A DNA stretch of 64,000 bases from an uncultured Gammaproteobacteria bacterium (GTDB lineage Bacteria; Patescibacteriota; Patescibacteriia; Buchananbacterales; UBA6539): NCBI GenBank assembly GCA_964497245.1, contig CAZCCC010000001.1, positions 10,297 to 74,296 on the forward strand, in the 5' to 3' direction. Below, one piece after another: positions 54,261 to 62,759 of this stretch. The translations under genes were made by a program, and so were the position numbers. Numbering within the stretch: the stretch's first letter is position 1; the number at the start of each line of letters is the position of its first letter. The notes under the pieces were generated by a model, which worked only from the letters and a program-made list of their open reading frames with translations, was not told the DNA's origin and made no database searches.

Positions 54261-55958
54261 ATGAAAAAATATAATCCGAAAAAAATAAGAATAGTATTTT
54301 TTATTTTTATTATTATTTTAGCGGTTTTTTTACGTTTTTGGGGGATACCCGGAAGCGATTTACAGCATGATACGGCAATTAATTCAGTCAGGGCTTATGG
54401 CTGGTTTGATTATCTTACAGGACAAGGGCAAACTTCCCCTGTTGTTTGGTTTTCAGAAATTCCTTGGTGGGCTAATTTATCTTTTCATGATCATCCACCA
54501 TTAACTTTTTTCATTCAAAATATTTTTTTCAAAGTAGTCGGAGCCTCTACGTTTTCAGCGCTGCTACCTTTTATTTTGGCGGGCATTGGTGTAGTTTTTC
54601 TGATCTATTTTTTTCTGAAGAATATAGAATTAAAAAAGGAGGCATTGTTAGCTTCTTTTTTATTTGCAATTTCTGCTCATTCAGTTTGGGTTTCCCGATC
54701 TGGTTATTTAGAAGGAATAGAGATATTTTTTATATTTTTAGGCTTTATTTGCTTTATTTATTTTTTATATTTTGATAAAAAAAGATATTTATTTTTTTGG
54801 GCAGCCAGTTTTTCACTGGCTATTTTAAGTAAGTATACGGCTGTTTTTATGTTTCCGGCGGCGATTTTGTATCTTTTGATTTGGCGGCGTGATGTTTTTA
54901 AAATGAAGGAATTTTGGTTGTCTTTAGTTTTTATTTTTTTGATTTTATCTCCTTTGATTTTTTATAACTTAATGGTTTTTCAAACTCGTGGTCATTTTGA
55001 TGCCGCTTTATCTTCAATGCTTGCTATGCATCCTGCAGATTTTGAGGTTATTTCTCAGCGCGGAACAAATACAGATTTTTTATCAAACATATCTTCAACC
55101 TTTAAATCAATCGGAGGAGTAAGCTCAACGCCGTTTTTTATTTTAAATATTTTATCTTTATTTTATTTACTTGCTAAAGTTATTCGAAAAAAAGGAAATC
55201 TTTTAATAAATTTTTTATTCATTAATATTTTAATGATAGTATTAATGTTTTGTTTTGGCAGCGGAGCGGTTCGTTTTTTGTCAATAATTTTTCCATTTTT
55301 AAGTATTAGCTTAAGTTTGATGATTTGTGAATTATGGCAGCAAATTAAAATTTACGGTCGTTTTTATCTCAAAATATTATCAGTATTTTTAATTTTTTTA
55401 TTCTGCTTTGAAGTATTTTATTCAGTTAATACTAATATATTAAAAAAGCCTATTGGGAAAAAAGGTTTTTTTTATTCTTCTGGTCGTTTTTACCAGTCTG
55501 GTTTTAATGAGCTTGAACAATATTTAAAAGATAATGTTTTTAAAAATATTACTGAAAAGAGAAAAATTAAAAATTTTTCTCAAATAAGCAGTTATTATAT
55601 AAAAGGAAAAGAAGTCGTTTTATTTGACGAAAGGATTGATTGGTTTTCTCGGATGTGGCATATTGACAGATATATCATTTATTATAATGCCCCTGTTTTT
55701 TATTTTACTGATCTTGATATTATTTTTTCAAGTAGTAATATTGAGAAAAATTTTATTGATTATCTAAGACAAGATCTTGAAGTAGCTGGATTTTGGTTTG
55801 TTGTTGGAGCTAATGAAGGAGTAAACAGGAAGAATCAATATTATAATGAATTGGTTGAATCTTTAGAAGATCAACTTATTTTAGCTGGCATTAATCCTGA
55901 ATCTGAAATAAAAAATTATTTAGGAAATGTGGTTTTTAGGGTTTACCGTTTTCAATAG
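54261..55958 (+). CDS. GT39/ArnT/PMT-like membrane glycosyltransferase (GT-C)
   Basis: 565 aa; N-terminal polytopic region with FHDHPPL (PMT/ArnT DEPPL-like loop). Confidence 0.55.
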   Translation: MKKYNPKKIRIVFFIFIIILAVFLRFWGIPGSDLQHDTAINSVRAYGWFDYLTGQGQTSPVVWFSEIPWWANLSFHDHPPLTFFIQNIFFKVVGASTFSALLPFILAGIGVVFLIYFFLKNIELKKEALLASFLFAISAHSVWVSRSGYLEGIEIFFIFLGFICFIYFLYFDKKRYLFFWAASFSLAILSKYTAVFMFPAAILYLLIWRRDVFKMKEFWLSLVFIFLILSPLIFYNLMVFQTRGHFDAALSSMLAMHPADFEVISQRGTNTDFLSNISSTFKSIGGVSSTPFFILNILSLFYLLAKVIRKKGNLLINFLFINILMIVLMFCFGSGAVRFLSIIFPFLSISLSLMICELWQQIKIYGRFYLKILSVFLIFLFCFEVFYSVNTNILKKPIGKKGFFYSSGRFYQSGFNELEQYLKDNVFKNITEKRKIKNFSQISSYYIKGKEVVLFDERIDWFSRMWHIDRYIIYYNAPVFYFTDLDIIFSSSNIEKNFIDYLRQDLEVAGFWFVVGANEGVNRKNQYYNELVESLEDQLILAGINPESEIKNYLGNVVFRVYRFQ

Positions 55959-56026
55959 TTTTGACAAAACATTTTAAAAAAAGTATCCTGAAGTATGTCA
56001 GAATTATGCTTTAGGAACTAAATATT

Positions 56027-56767
56027 ATGTTTATTTTTATGAAAGGAATAATTTTAGCAGGCGGAACCGGTTCGCGTCTTAGTCCGCTTACAAAAATAAC
56101 AAATAAGCATCTGCTACCGGTATATGATAAACCGATGATTTATTACCCGATTCAAACATTAGTTTCGGCGGGTATTAAAGATATTATGATAGTTTCAGGA
56201 AAAGGTCATGCCGGCCAATTTTTGGAATTACTTAAATCAGGCAAAGAATTTGGCGCTAATTTTTCATATGCTATTCAGGAAGAAGCCGGTGGGATAGCTC
56301 AAGCATTAAGTTTGTGTGAAGATTTTTCCGACCATGAAAAAATAGCTGTCATGCTTGGGGATAATATTTTAGAAGATAATATAGTAAATGCAGCCATTGA
56401 TTTTCATAATCAAAAAATGGGAGCAAAGATATTTTTAAAAGAAGTTAAGAATCCCTGCTCTTTTGGTGTAGCTGAAGTGGAAGGAAAAAAAATTATCAGC
56501 ATTGAAGAAAAGCCGAAAAGTCCGAAAAGCAATTTGGCAGTAATTGGGGTTTATATGTATGACAGTCAAGTTTGGAATGTGATTAAAACTCTGAAGCCTT
56601 CGGGCAGGGGAGAATTAGAAATAACCGATGTTAATAATTTTTATGCTGGGAAAGGGGAAATGACTTTTGAAATTTTAGCTGGCTGGTGGGGAGACGGAGG
56701 AGAGTCTTTTGACAGTTTATTGGAAGCGGCTAATTTAGTGGCAAAAAAACTAAGCAAGCAAAAGTAG
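56027..56767 (+). CDS. Sugar-1-phosphate nucleotidyltransferase (RmlA-like, short form)
   Basis: 246 aa; MKGIILAGGTGSRLSPLTKITNKHLLPVYDKPMIYYPI. Confidence 0.75.
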   Translation: MFIFMKGIILAGGTGSRLSPLTKITNKHLLPVYDKPMIYYPIQTLVSAGIKDIMIVSGKGHAGQFLELLKSGKEFGANFSYAIQEEAGGIAQALSLCEDFSDHEKIAVMLGDNILEDNIVNAAIDFHNQKMGAKIFLKEVKNPCSFGVAEVEGKKIISIEEKPKSPKSNLAVIGVYMYDSQVWNVIKTLKPSGRGELEITDVNNFYAGKGEMTFEILAGWWGDGGESFDSLLEAANLVAKKLSKQK

Positions 56768-56842
56768 TAATTTATCAGCGCTGTAAAAAAGCTCTCAATA
56801 TGTCATAAATTCATTTAAGACTATATATATTATTTTGACAAA

Positions 56843-56880
56843 AATTACCTCCTTGTTATGGGAGGTAATTAATTTTTTAT
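56843..56880. terminator. Bidirectional intrinsic terminator between convergent genes
   Basis: Perfect 10-bp stem aattacctcc (56843-56852) / ggaggtaatt (56861-56870), 8-nt loop, followed by aattttttat. Confidence 0.6.
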
Positions 56881-56894
56881 AAAATGGCGATAAT

Positions 56895-58265
56895 CTATTG
56901 GATTTCTAGCCTGTATATTCCTTGCTGGGTTCCGGCCTGCCCCTTGAAGTAAATGTTTTTACCTTGGTTATCGATGATAATTCCTAAAACGCTTTGCAGT
57001 TCAGCAATCTGAATGTCGTTTTTATACTCTTGTCCATCAGCTTCAATTGCTTTTATTTTGTTTTCTGTTTGGTATATTAGGTAATTATTTTCCGGATGCC
57101 ATGCAGCTTGAATGATTGTCCCGCTGTATCGGGTTACTAAATCTTTATGTGCGGTTTCAAAATTAAAAATTGATATTTCAAAATCAGTGTTGTATAAGAT
57201 TTTTTTTGCATCATCAGACCAAACAAATTTTTTTGCTCTGTCTTGGAGAATTATGCTCCTTTCTATATTTTCTTCACTAAAAGAATTGTCTTTTAAAATA
57301 AAGAAGTCATTGTTGTTTTGATCAATTAAAATAAGGTAATCACGGCTTTCCGGATAAAGTCCGAATTCTGTTGATGGAAGTTTTATTTTCTGAATTTTTT
57401 CCGGATTTTTTTCATTTATTGCAACCCTGCTGACAAATGATTCCTCATTTATTATTTCCATAAGAAGCAGAATATTATTATTTACCTGAAAATCTTGAAT
57501 CCGTCCGGATATTATTGGTTTTACTGAATTGGAAATCATATCTATCTGGTATAAAACAGCTTCTCTAAGTCCATAAAGATAATTTTCATCTCTGTTGTCC
57601 CACTTCAATTCGTTGAAATTTAGCCTGGTTATGTCAAATAATTCTCTGGTTTTTAGAGTTTCAACGTCAACGATTATAAATTTATTAAATTCACTTATTT
57701 TTTGATTTATTATTGCCTTATTTTGTTTTGGAGACCATTGAATGAAATCAATTTGACTGTAGGAATTAGGGCTGAATTTTTCTATAAGTAAATCTAATTG
57801 ATTTTTTAGGTTAAAAATTCTAAGTTCTTCACCGCTTTCGGAAATGATGGAATAAATCATTTTTGTTTTGTCCGGAGAAACTGTAAAAATATTTATTTCT
57901 CCGCTGATTATATTCATTGGCAGTGATTTTTTAAATAAGATAGTATCTTTGCTGAAAGTTGTTAAATTGCTTTTTATTTCAAGATCTTTCTCCCATGTAT
58001 GATAGCCCTCTTTTTCCACTTTTATCCTGTAAGTGTCCGGTAACATATATCTGAATCTGGCAGGGGTTTTATCTCTGTATTTGCCGTCAATATATATTAA
58101 AGATTGACGAGGCCTTGAATCAACATAAAGAATACCGGTTTTTTCAATTTTATTTTTTTTAAAATTATAGCGGTAGCCGGATGCATACATAATCAAGATC
58201 GGAGCAATAATAAAAAAAGCGGCAATGAATATTGAGTATGTAATTCGGCGAAAATACATTTTCAT
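56895..58265 (-). CDS. Membrane-anchored PEGA-domain protein with C-terminal beta-propeller-like region
   Basis: 456 aa; N-terminal TM; PEGA-like segment GILYVDSRPRQSLIYIDGKYRDKTPARFRYMLPDTYRIKVEKEGYHTWEKDLEI. Confidence 0.5.
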   Translation of the reverse strand: MKMYFRRITYSIFIAAFFIIAPILIMYASGYRYNFKKNKIEKTGILYVDSRPRQSLIYIDGKYRDKTPARFRYMLPDTYRIKVEKEGYHTWEKDLEIKSNLTTFSKDTILFKKSLPMNIISGEINIFTVSPDKTKMIYSIISESGEELRIFNLKNQLDLLIEKFSPNSYSQIDFIQWSPKQNKAIINQKISEFNKFIIVDVETLKTRELFDITRLNFNELKWDNRDENYLYGLREAVLYQIDMISNSVKPIISGRIQDFQVNNNILLLMEIINEESFVSRVAINEKNPEKIQKIKLPSTEFGLYPESRDYLILIDQNNNDFFILKDNSFSEENIERSIILQDRAKKFVWSDDAKKILYNTDFEISIFNFETAHKDLVTRYSGTIIQAAWHPENNYLIYQTENKIKAIEADGQEYKNDIQIAELQSVLGIIIDNQGKNIYFKGQAGTQQGIYRLEIQ

Positions 58266-58353
58266 AATGCTTGTGGAAATTTTTTTAAAATGTTAAACTT
58301 ACATAAAAGAACTAGTTTAATTTTACCAAAAATTTAATTTTTTTGCTAATTTT

Positions 58354-59658
58354 ATGAGTAATTATTTAATAGAAGGAAATAAGGATTTAAGGGGTGAAAT
58401 AACCACCAATACTTCAAAAAATGCAGCTGTTGCTTTGTTAAATGCTGCGCTTTTAAATAGAGGAAAGACGATTCTTAAAAATGTTCCAAAAATTGAGGAA
58501 GTCAGCCGGATTATGGAAGTATTGCAGAGTATTGGTGTATATGTCAAATGGATAAACAAAAAAGATATTGAGATAACTCGACCAAAAAAAATTAATTTAT
58601 CAGGAATTAATTATGATTCAGCCATAAAGACCCGTAGCATCCTGTTTTTGCTTGGAATTATGATTCATTACCAGAAATCTTTTTTAGTTCCCCAGCCGGG
58701 TGGTTGCCGTCTTGGAAAAAGAACAGTGAAACCACATCTTTTTGCTTTGGAGAATTTTGGTGTAAGGATTAATACTTTGAAGAAACATTATCAGGTAAAA
58801 TACAGCAAACTTTACCCTGCTAAAAATTTAGTTTTGTATGAATCAGGCGATACGGTAACTGAAAATGCGATTTTAGCCGCCGCCTTGATACCAGGCAAAA
58901 CTATAATCAAATTCGCTTCAGCAAATTATCAAGTTCAAGACCTTTGTTACTTTCTTGAAAAGCTGGGAATAAGAATTAAGGGAATAGGCACGACAACAAT
59001 TGAAATAGAAGGCAAAAAGAATATTAAAAAAGACATTGTCTATAATTTAACTGAAGATCCGATAGAGTCTATGCTTTTTTTATCAATTGCCGCCACTACC
59101 AACTCAAGCCTTACAATTAAACGCTGCCCAATTGATTTTTTAGAGATTGAGCTTCTAAAATTAGAGAAAATGGGCTTTAAATACAAAATAATTAGACGTT
59201 ACAAAGCAAAGAATGGCAAGGGAAATTTGGTTGACATTAAAACTTTTAGAAGCCGACTTTGCGCCGTTGAAGAAAAAATTGAATCTCGTCCCTTTCCCGG
59301 TTTAAATATAGATAACTTGCCGTTTTTTGCTCCTGTTGCCACTCAGGCGAAAGGAACCACTTTTATTTTTGATTGGGTTTTTGAAGAACGGGCGATTTAT
59401 TTTACCGAATTAAACAGACTCGGGGCAAAAGTAACGCTGGCTGATCCTCATCGGGTTTTTATAACCGGTCCTACACCTTTAAGAGGAAATGAAATAATTT
59501 GTCCGCCGGCCCTCAGACCTTCAACTATAATTTTAGTTGCCATGCTTGCCGCCCGTGGTAATTCAATATTAAGAAATGTTTATTCAATAGAGCGCGGCTA
59601 TGAAGATTTATGTGGTCGGTTGGAAAAAATAGGAGCAAAAATTAAAAAGATTGATTAG
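58354..59658 (+). CDS. murA: UDP-N-acetylglucosamine 1-carboxyvinyltransferase
   Basis: 434 aa; NTSKNAAVALLNAALLNRGKTILKNVP and catalytic loop PQPGGCRLGKRTV. Confidence 0.85.
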   Translation: MSNYLIEGNKDLRGEITTNTSKNAAVALLNAALLNRGKTILKNVPKIEEVSRIMEVLQSIGVYVKWINKKDIEITRPKKINLSGINYDSAIKTRSILFLLGIMIHYQKSFLVPQPGGCRLGKRTVKPHLFALENFGVRINTLKKHYQVKYSKLYPAKNLVLYESGDTVTENAILAAALIPGKTIIKFASANYQVQDLCYFLEKLGIRIKGIGTTTIEIEGKKNIKKDIVYNLTEDPIESMLFLSIAATTNSSLTIKRCPIDFLEIELLKLEKMGFKYKIIRRYKAKNGKGNLVDIKTFRSRLCAVEEKIESRPFPGLNIDNLPFFAPVATQAKGTTFIFDWVFEERAIYFTELNRLGAKVTLADPHRVFITGPTPLRGNEIICPPALRPSTIILVAMLAARGNSILRNVYSIERGYEDLCGRLEKIGAKIKKID

Positions 59659-59726
59659 ATTTGTGAATTAAATTTTTGTTGTATCTCAATTAAAGTATTA
59701 ATTTAATAATAAAATATAAATAAAAA

Positions 59727-61037
59727 ATGGAAATGAAAAAAAATCAAAATATTTTCAAGATAAAACCGTCTTCAAAAATGACGATTGTTTTTTTTAGTTT
59801 TATCTTTGCTACTTTAATTTTTATTGCTGGTTTTTTTACAGCTGAACTCTCCTTAATTTATGGATCGGCGGGCCGATCGGCCGGAAAAGGGGAGGTTGTA
59901 AATATCTCAAAAGAAACCCCTGATTTTTTAAGTAGAGATGTTGATTTTAATCAGTTTTGGCAAGTTTGGAAGCATGTTAAAGAAAATTACGTTGATTCAG
60001 ATATACCGGATACTAAATTATTTTATGGTGCTTTAGCCGGAATAGTTGCTTCTTTAGGCGATCCGTATTCAGTATTTTTAGATCCGGAAGTCGCCAAAAA
60101 GTTTCAGGAGGAAATTTCGGGAAGTTTTGAAGGAATCGGGGCGGAAATTGGCATTAAGGATGGGAGGCTTACAATTGTTTCTCCTTTGCCTCAGACACCG
60201 GCAGAAAAAGCCGGTCTGATGCCCGGGGACAGGATTTTGGCAATTGATGATTATGATACGACCGGAATTGCCATTGATTTGGCAGTAAGTAAAATTAGAG
60301 GACCGAAAGGAACCGAAGTGATTTTAACTATACTCAGTGAAGGCCAGTCTGAACCAAAGGAGATTTCAATAACAAGGGATAAAATTCAAATTGATAGTGT
60401 TATTTTTGAAAAAAAAGATTATAACGGAAAGTCAGAAGATGAAGAAGGGTTTGTAGTAAAAGAAGGCAACATTGCTTATATCCAACTTCGCTATTTCAAC
60501 GAAAATACACTGGTTGAATGGAATAAAATTGTTCAAAATATTATTAAGGCAGGCCCTAAAGGCATAATTTTGGATTTAAGGAATAATCCCGGCGGATTTT
60601 TGGCCACTGCCATTGAAATTGCCGGCGAATGGGCTAATGGCAGGCCGGTTGTGTTGGAAAAGCTTCGCAATGGGGAGTCAGTTTCGCATAAAGCCACCCG
60701 ACAAGCAAGATTTGAAGAAATTCCAACCGTTGTTTTAGTTAATGGCGGCAGTGCGTCAGGTGCTGAAATAGTTGCCGGCGCTTTGCAGGATTACGGTCTT
60801 GCGACTTTAGTCGGCCAAAAAACTTTCGGCAAAGGCTCAGTTCAAGATTTGAAGAAGCTTAAAGACGGTTCTTCGGTTAAATTGACAATTGCCGAATGGT
60901 TCACTCCGCTTGGCAGGAATATAAATAAAGAAGGAATTGAGCCGGATGTTGAAGTTGAAAGAACTAGAGAAGATTTTGATAAAGATATTGATCCGCAACT
61001 TGACAAGGCGATTGAGATACTAAAAAATCAACAGTAA
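59727..61037 (+). CDS. ctp: Carboxyl-terminal processing protease (S41) with PDZ domain
   Basis: 436 aa; N-terminal TM, PDZ (GLMPGDRILAIDD), ILDLRNNPGG, GGSASGAEIVAGALQD. Confidence 0.85.
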   Translation: MEMKKNQNIFKIKPSSKMTIVFFSFIFATLIFIAGFFTAELSLIYGSAGRSAGKGEVVNISKETPDFLSRDVDFNQFWQVWKHVKENYVDSDIPDTKLFYGALAGIVASLGDPYSVFLDPEVAKKFQEEISGSFEGIGAEIGIKDGRLTIVSPLPQTPAEKAGLMPGDRILAIDDYDTTGIAIDLAVSKIRGPKGTEVILTILSEGQSEPKEISITRDKIQIDSVIFEKKDYNGKSEDEEGFVVKEGNIAYIQLRYFNENTLVEWNKIVQNIIKAGPKGIILDLRNNPGGFLATAIEIAGEWANGRPVVLEKLRNGESVSHKATRQARFEEIPTVVLVNGGSASGAEIVAGALQDYGLATLVGQKTFGKGSVQDLKKLKDGSSVKLTIAEWFTPLGRNINKEGIEPDVEVERTREDFDKDIDPQLDKAIEILKNQQ

Positions 61038-61050
61038 AATGGCAAGCAAA

Positions 61051-61200
61051 TAAAGGGTATTGACCGCAAAGCGATTTTTTCGCAGCAAACTTCGGGTATT
61101 AACCTTTTTTGGTTCCCTGTCTGCCACGCCAAAGTCGTTTATCTCCGCCATAGGCGGACAAGCGACAACTGCGGGGACACTAGCTTGACGTTACCAATAA
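61051..61200 (-). repeat. Repeat element copy E3 (150 bp, reverse orientation)
   Basis: The reverse complement reads ttattggtaacgtcaagctagtg...gtccgcc-tatg-ggcggag...aaaaaaggttaataccc...ggtcaatacccttta, i.e. the same termini and architecture as E1 with compensatory stem changes. Confidence 0.6.
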
Positions 61201-61218
61201 ATTAAGCTGAAAGGATTA

Positions 61219-62757
61219 ATGCTTATCAGCTTCAATTTAGTTTATATGATAAAAAAAGATTTTAAAGTTTTGGTTGAAGATTATAATGTACCGCTTTTTC
61301 CGTGGTCAATTTTAGTTAATCAGACTTTTCAGAAAGATATGCCAAAGGAAACTAAAGGTAGGGTAAAAGTTGATAGTATTCTATTTTTTGAAAAAGATTA
61401 TACTTATTGGGCGCCGAATCTTAGGCATTTTATTTCCGCGGAAAAATACTACAACGAGAGACTTTGGTCGGATCAGAGTTTTGGTAGGCAGATTTGCAAG
61501 GATCATAATTTATATCTGCGAAAAATAAAAAAATTTGCAGGGGTTCTTTTAAAAGATGATTTGAAAAAGAAAACTAATAAGCAACTTTATGATATTTATT
61601 TGGAGGGAGTAAAAAATTATGCCGATATTTGGCTTTCCAGCATGGCTATTCAATATTCTGAAATGGGGGATAATATATTTTCTGAAAGAGTTAAACGATC
61701 CTTATTACCAAAGCTAAAAAAAATTGGCAGTCCGGATGTTGTTTTCAGTAAGCTGATTTCACCTCTTAAAGAAAATTTAATTTCCAAAGAAAATAAAGAA
61801 GTTCTTAATTTGTTAAGATTAATACAATCAAATAAAAAATTATTAGCTGAATTTAAAAAAAGTTCAGCTTTTAATTTATTATCTTTGTTTTTGCAAAAAA
61901 AGATAAAAAATTTAGAAAGAAAATTTGGCTGGCTGCAGTTTTATTATTTTGGACCGCCTGCAACAGTTGATTATTATTATTCTTTTATCAAGGGTCGAAT
62001 GAATATAGACGCAAAAAAACAGTTGGCTGAAATAAATTTAGGAAGAAAAGAATTAATTGAATATAAAGATAAATGTCGTAAACGATTTAATTGTAAAGAA
62101 TGGCAATTAATTAATGTTTTGTCTAATTTTTTATATTTGAAAGAAGCGCGAAAAGAAATACAAATATATTTATTGAATTTTGCTATGCATAGATGGTTTT
62201 GTGAATTCTCAAAGAGGTTCGATTTTTCACCCTTGCAGGCTAGATATATTTTGCCAAATGAATATAAAGATATTTTAGTTTTTAATAGAGAACCTTTAAG
62301 TGTTGATATATTAAATAAAAGATATCAGAAAAGCGCTTACTGTATTATTTCCAACAAGGAAAAAATTGTCTTTGGAAAGGATTTTGATTTGTTAAAACGG
62401 ATGTATTTAATTGAGCAGAAAATTGATAAAAATATTAAAGAAATTAAAGGTATAGTTGCTTTTTCTGGAGTTACTTCAGGAAAAGTTAAGATCGTTAATT
62501 CTACAAATGATCTGAATAAATTTATGAAGGGAGAGATTTTAGTTAGTATTTCAACAAATCCTTCTTTAATTGCGGCAATAAATAAAGCGAGTGCTATTAT
62601 TACCGATACAGGTGGAGTAACTTGTCATGCGGCAATTGTTGCCAGAGAGTTGAAAATTCCATGTATAATAGGCACTAAAATCGCCACCAAAGTTTTAAAA
62701 GATGGCGATTTGGTTGAAGTTGATGCCAATAAAGGAATAATTAAAAAATTGAAATAA
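61219..62757 (+). CDS. Protein with novel helical N-terminal region and C-terminal PEP-utilizing enzyme mobile (phosphohistidine swivel) domain
   Basis: 512 aa; C-terminus KGIVAFSGVTSGKVKIVN...AIITDTGGVTCHAAIVARELKIPCIIGT (the GG.TSHAAI.ARE.GIP phosphohistidine motif). Confidence 0.5.
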   Translation: MLISFNLVYMIKKDFKVLVEDYNVPLFPWSILVNQTFQKDMPKETKGRVKVDSILFFEKDYTYWAPNLRHFISAEKYYNERLWSDQSFGRQICKDHNLYLRKIKKFAGVLLKDDLKKKTNKQLYDIYLEGVKNYADIWLSSMAIQYSEMGDNIFSERVKRSLLPKLKKIGSPDVVFSKLISPLKENLISKENKEVLNLLRLIQSNKKLLAEFKKSSAFNLLSLFLQKKIKNLERKFGWLQFYYFGPPATVDYYYSFIKGRMNIDAKKQLAEINLGRKELIEYKDKCRKRFNCKEWQLINVLSNFLYLKEARKEIQIYLLNFAMHRWFCEFSKRFDFSPLQARYILPNEYKDILVFNREPLSVDILNKRYQKSAYCIISNKEKIVFGKDFDLLKRMYLIEQKIDKNIKEIKGIVAFSGVTSGKVKIVNSTNDLNKFMKGEILVSISTNPSLIAAINKASAIITDTGGVTCHAAIVARELKIPCIIGTKIATKVLKDGDLVEVDANKGIIKKLK

Positions 62758-62759
62758 TT

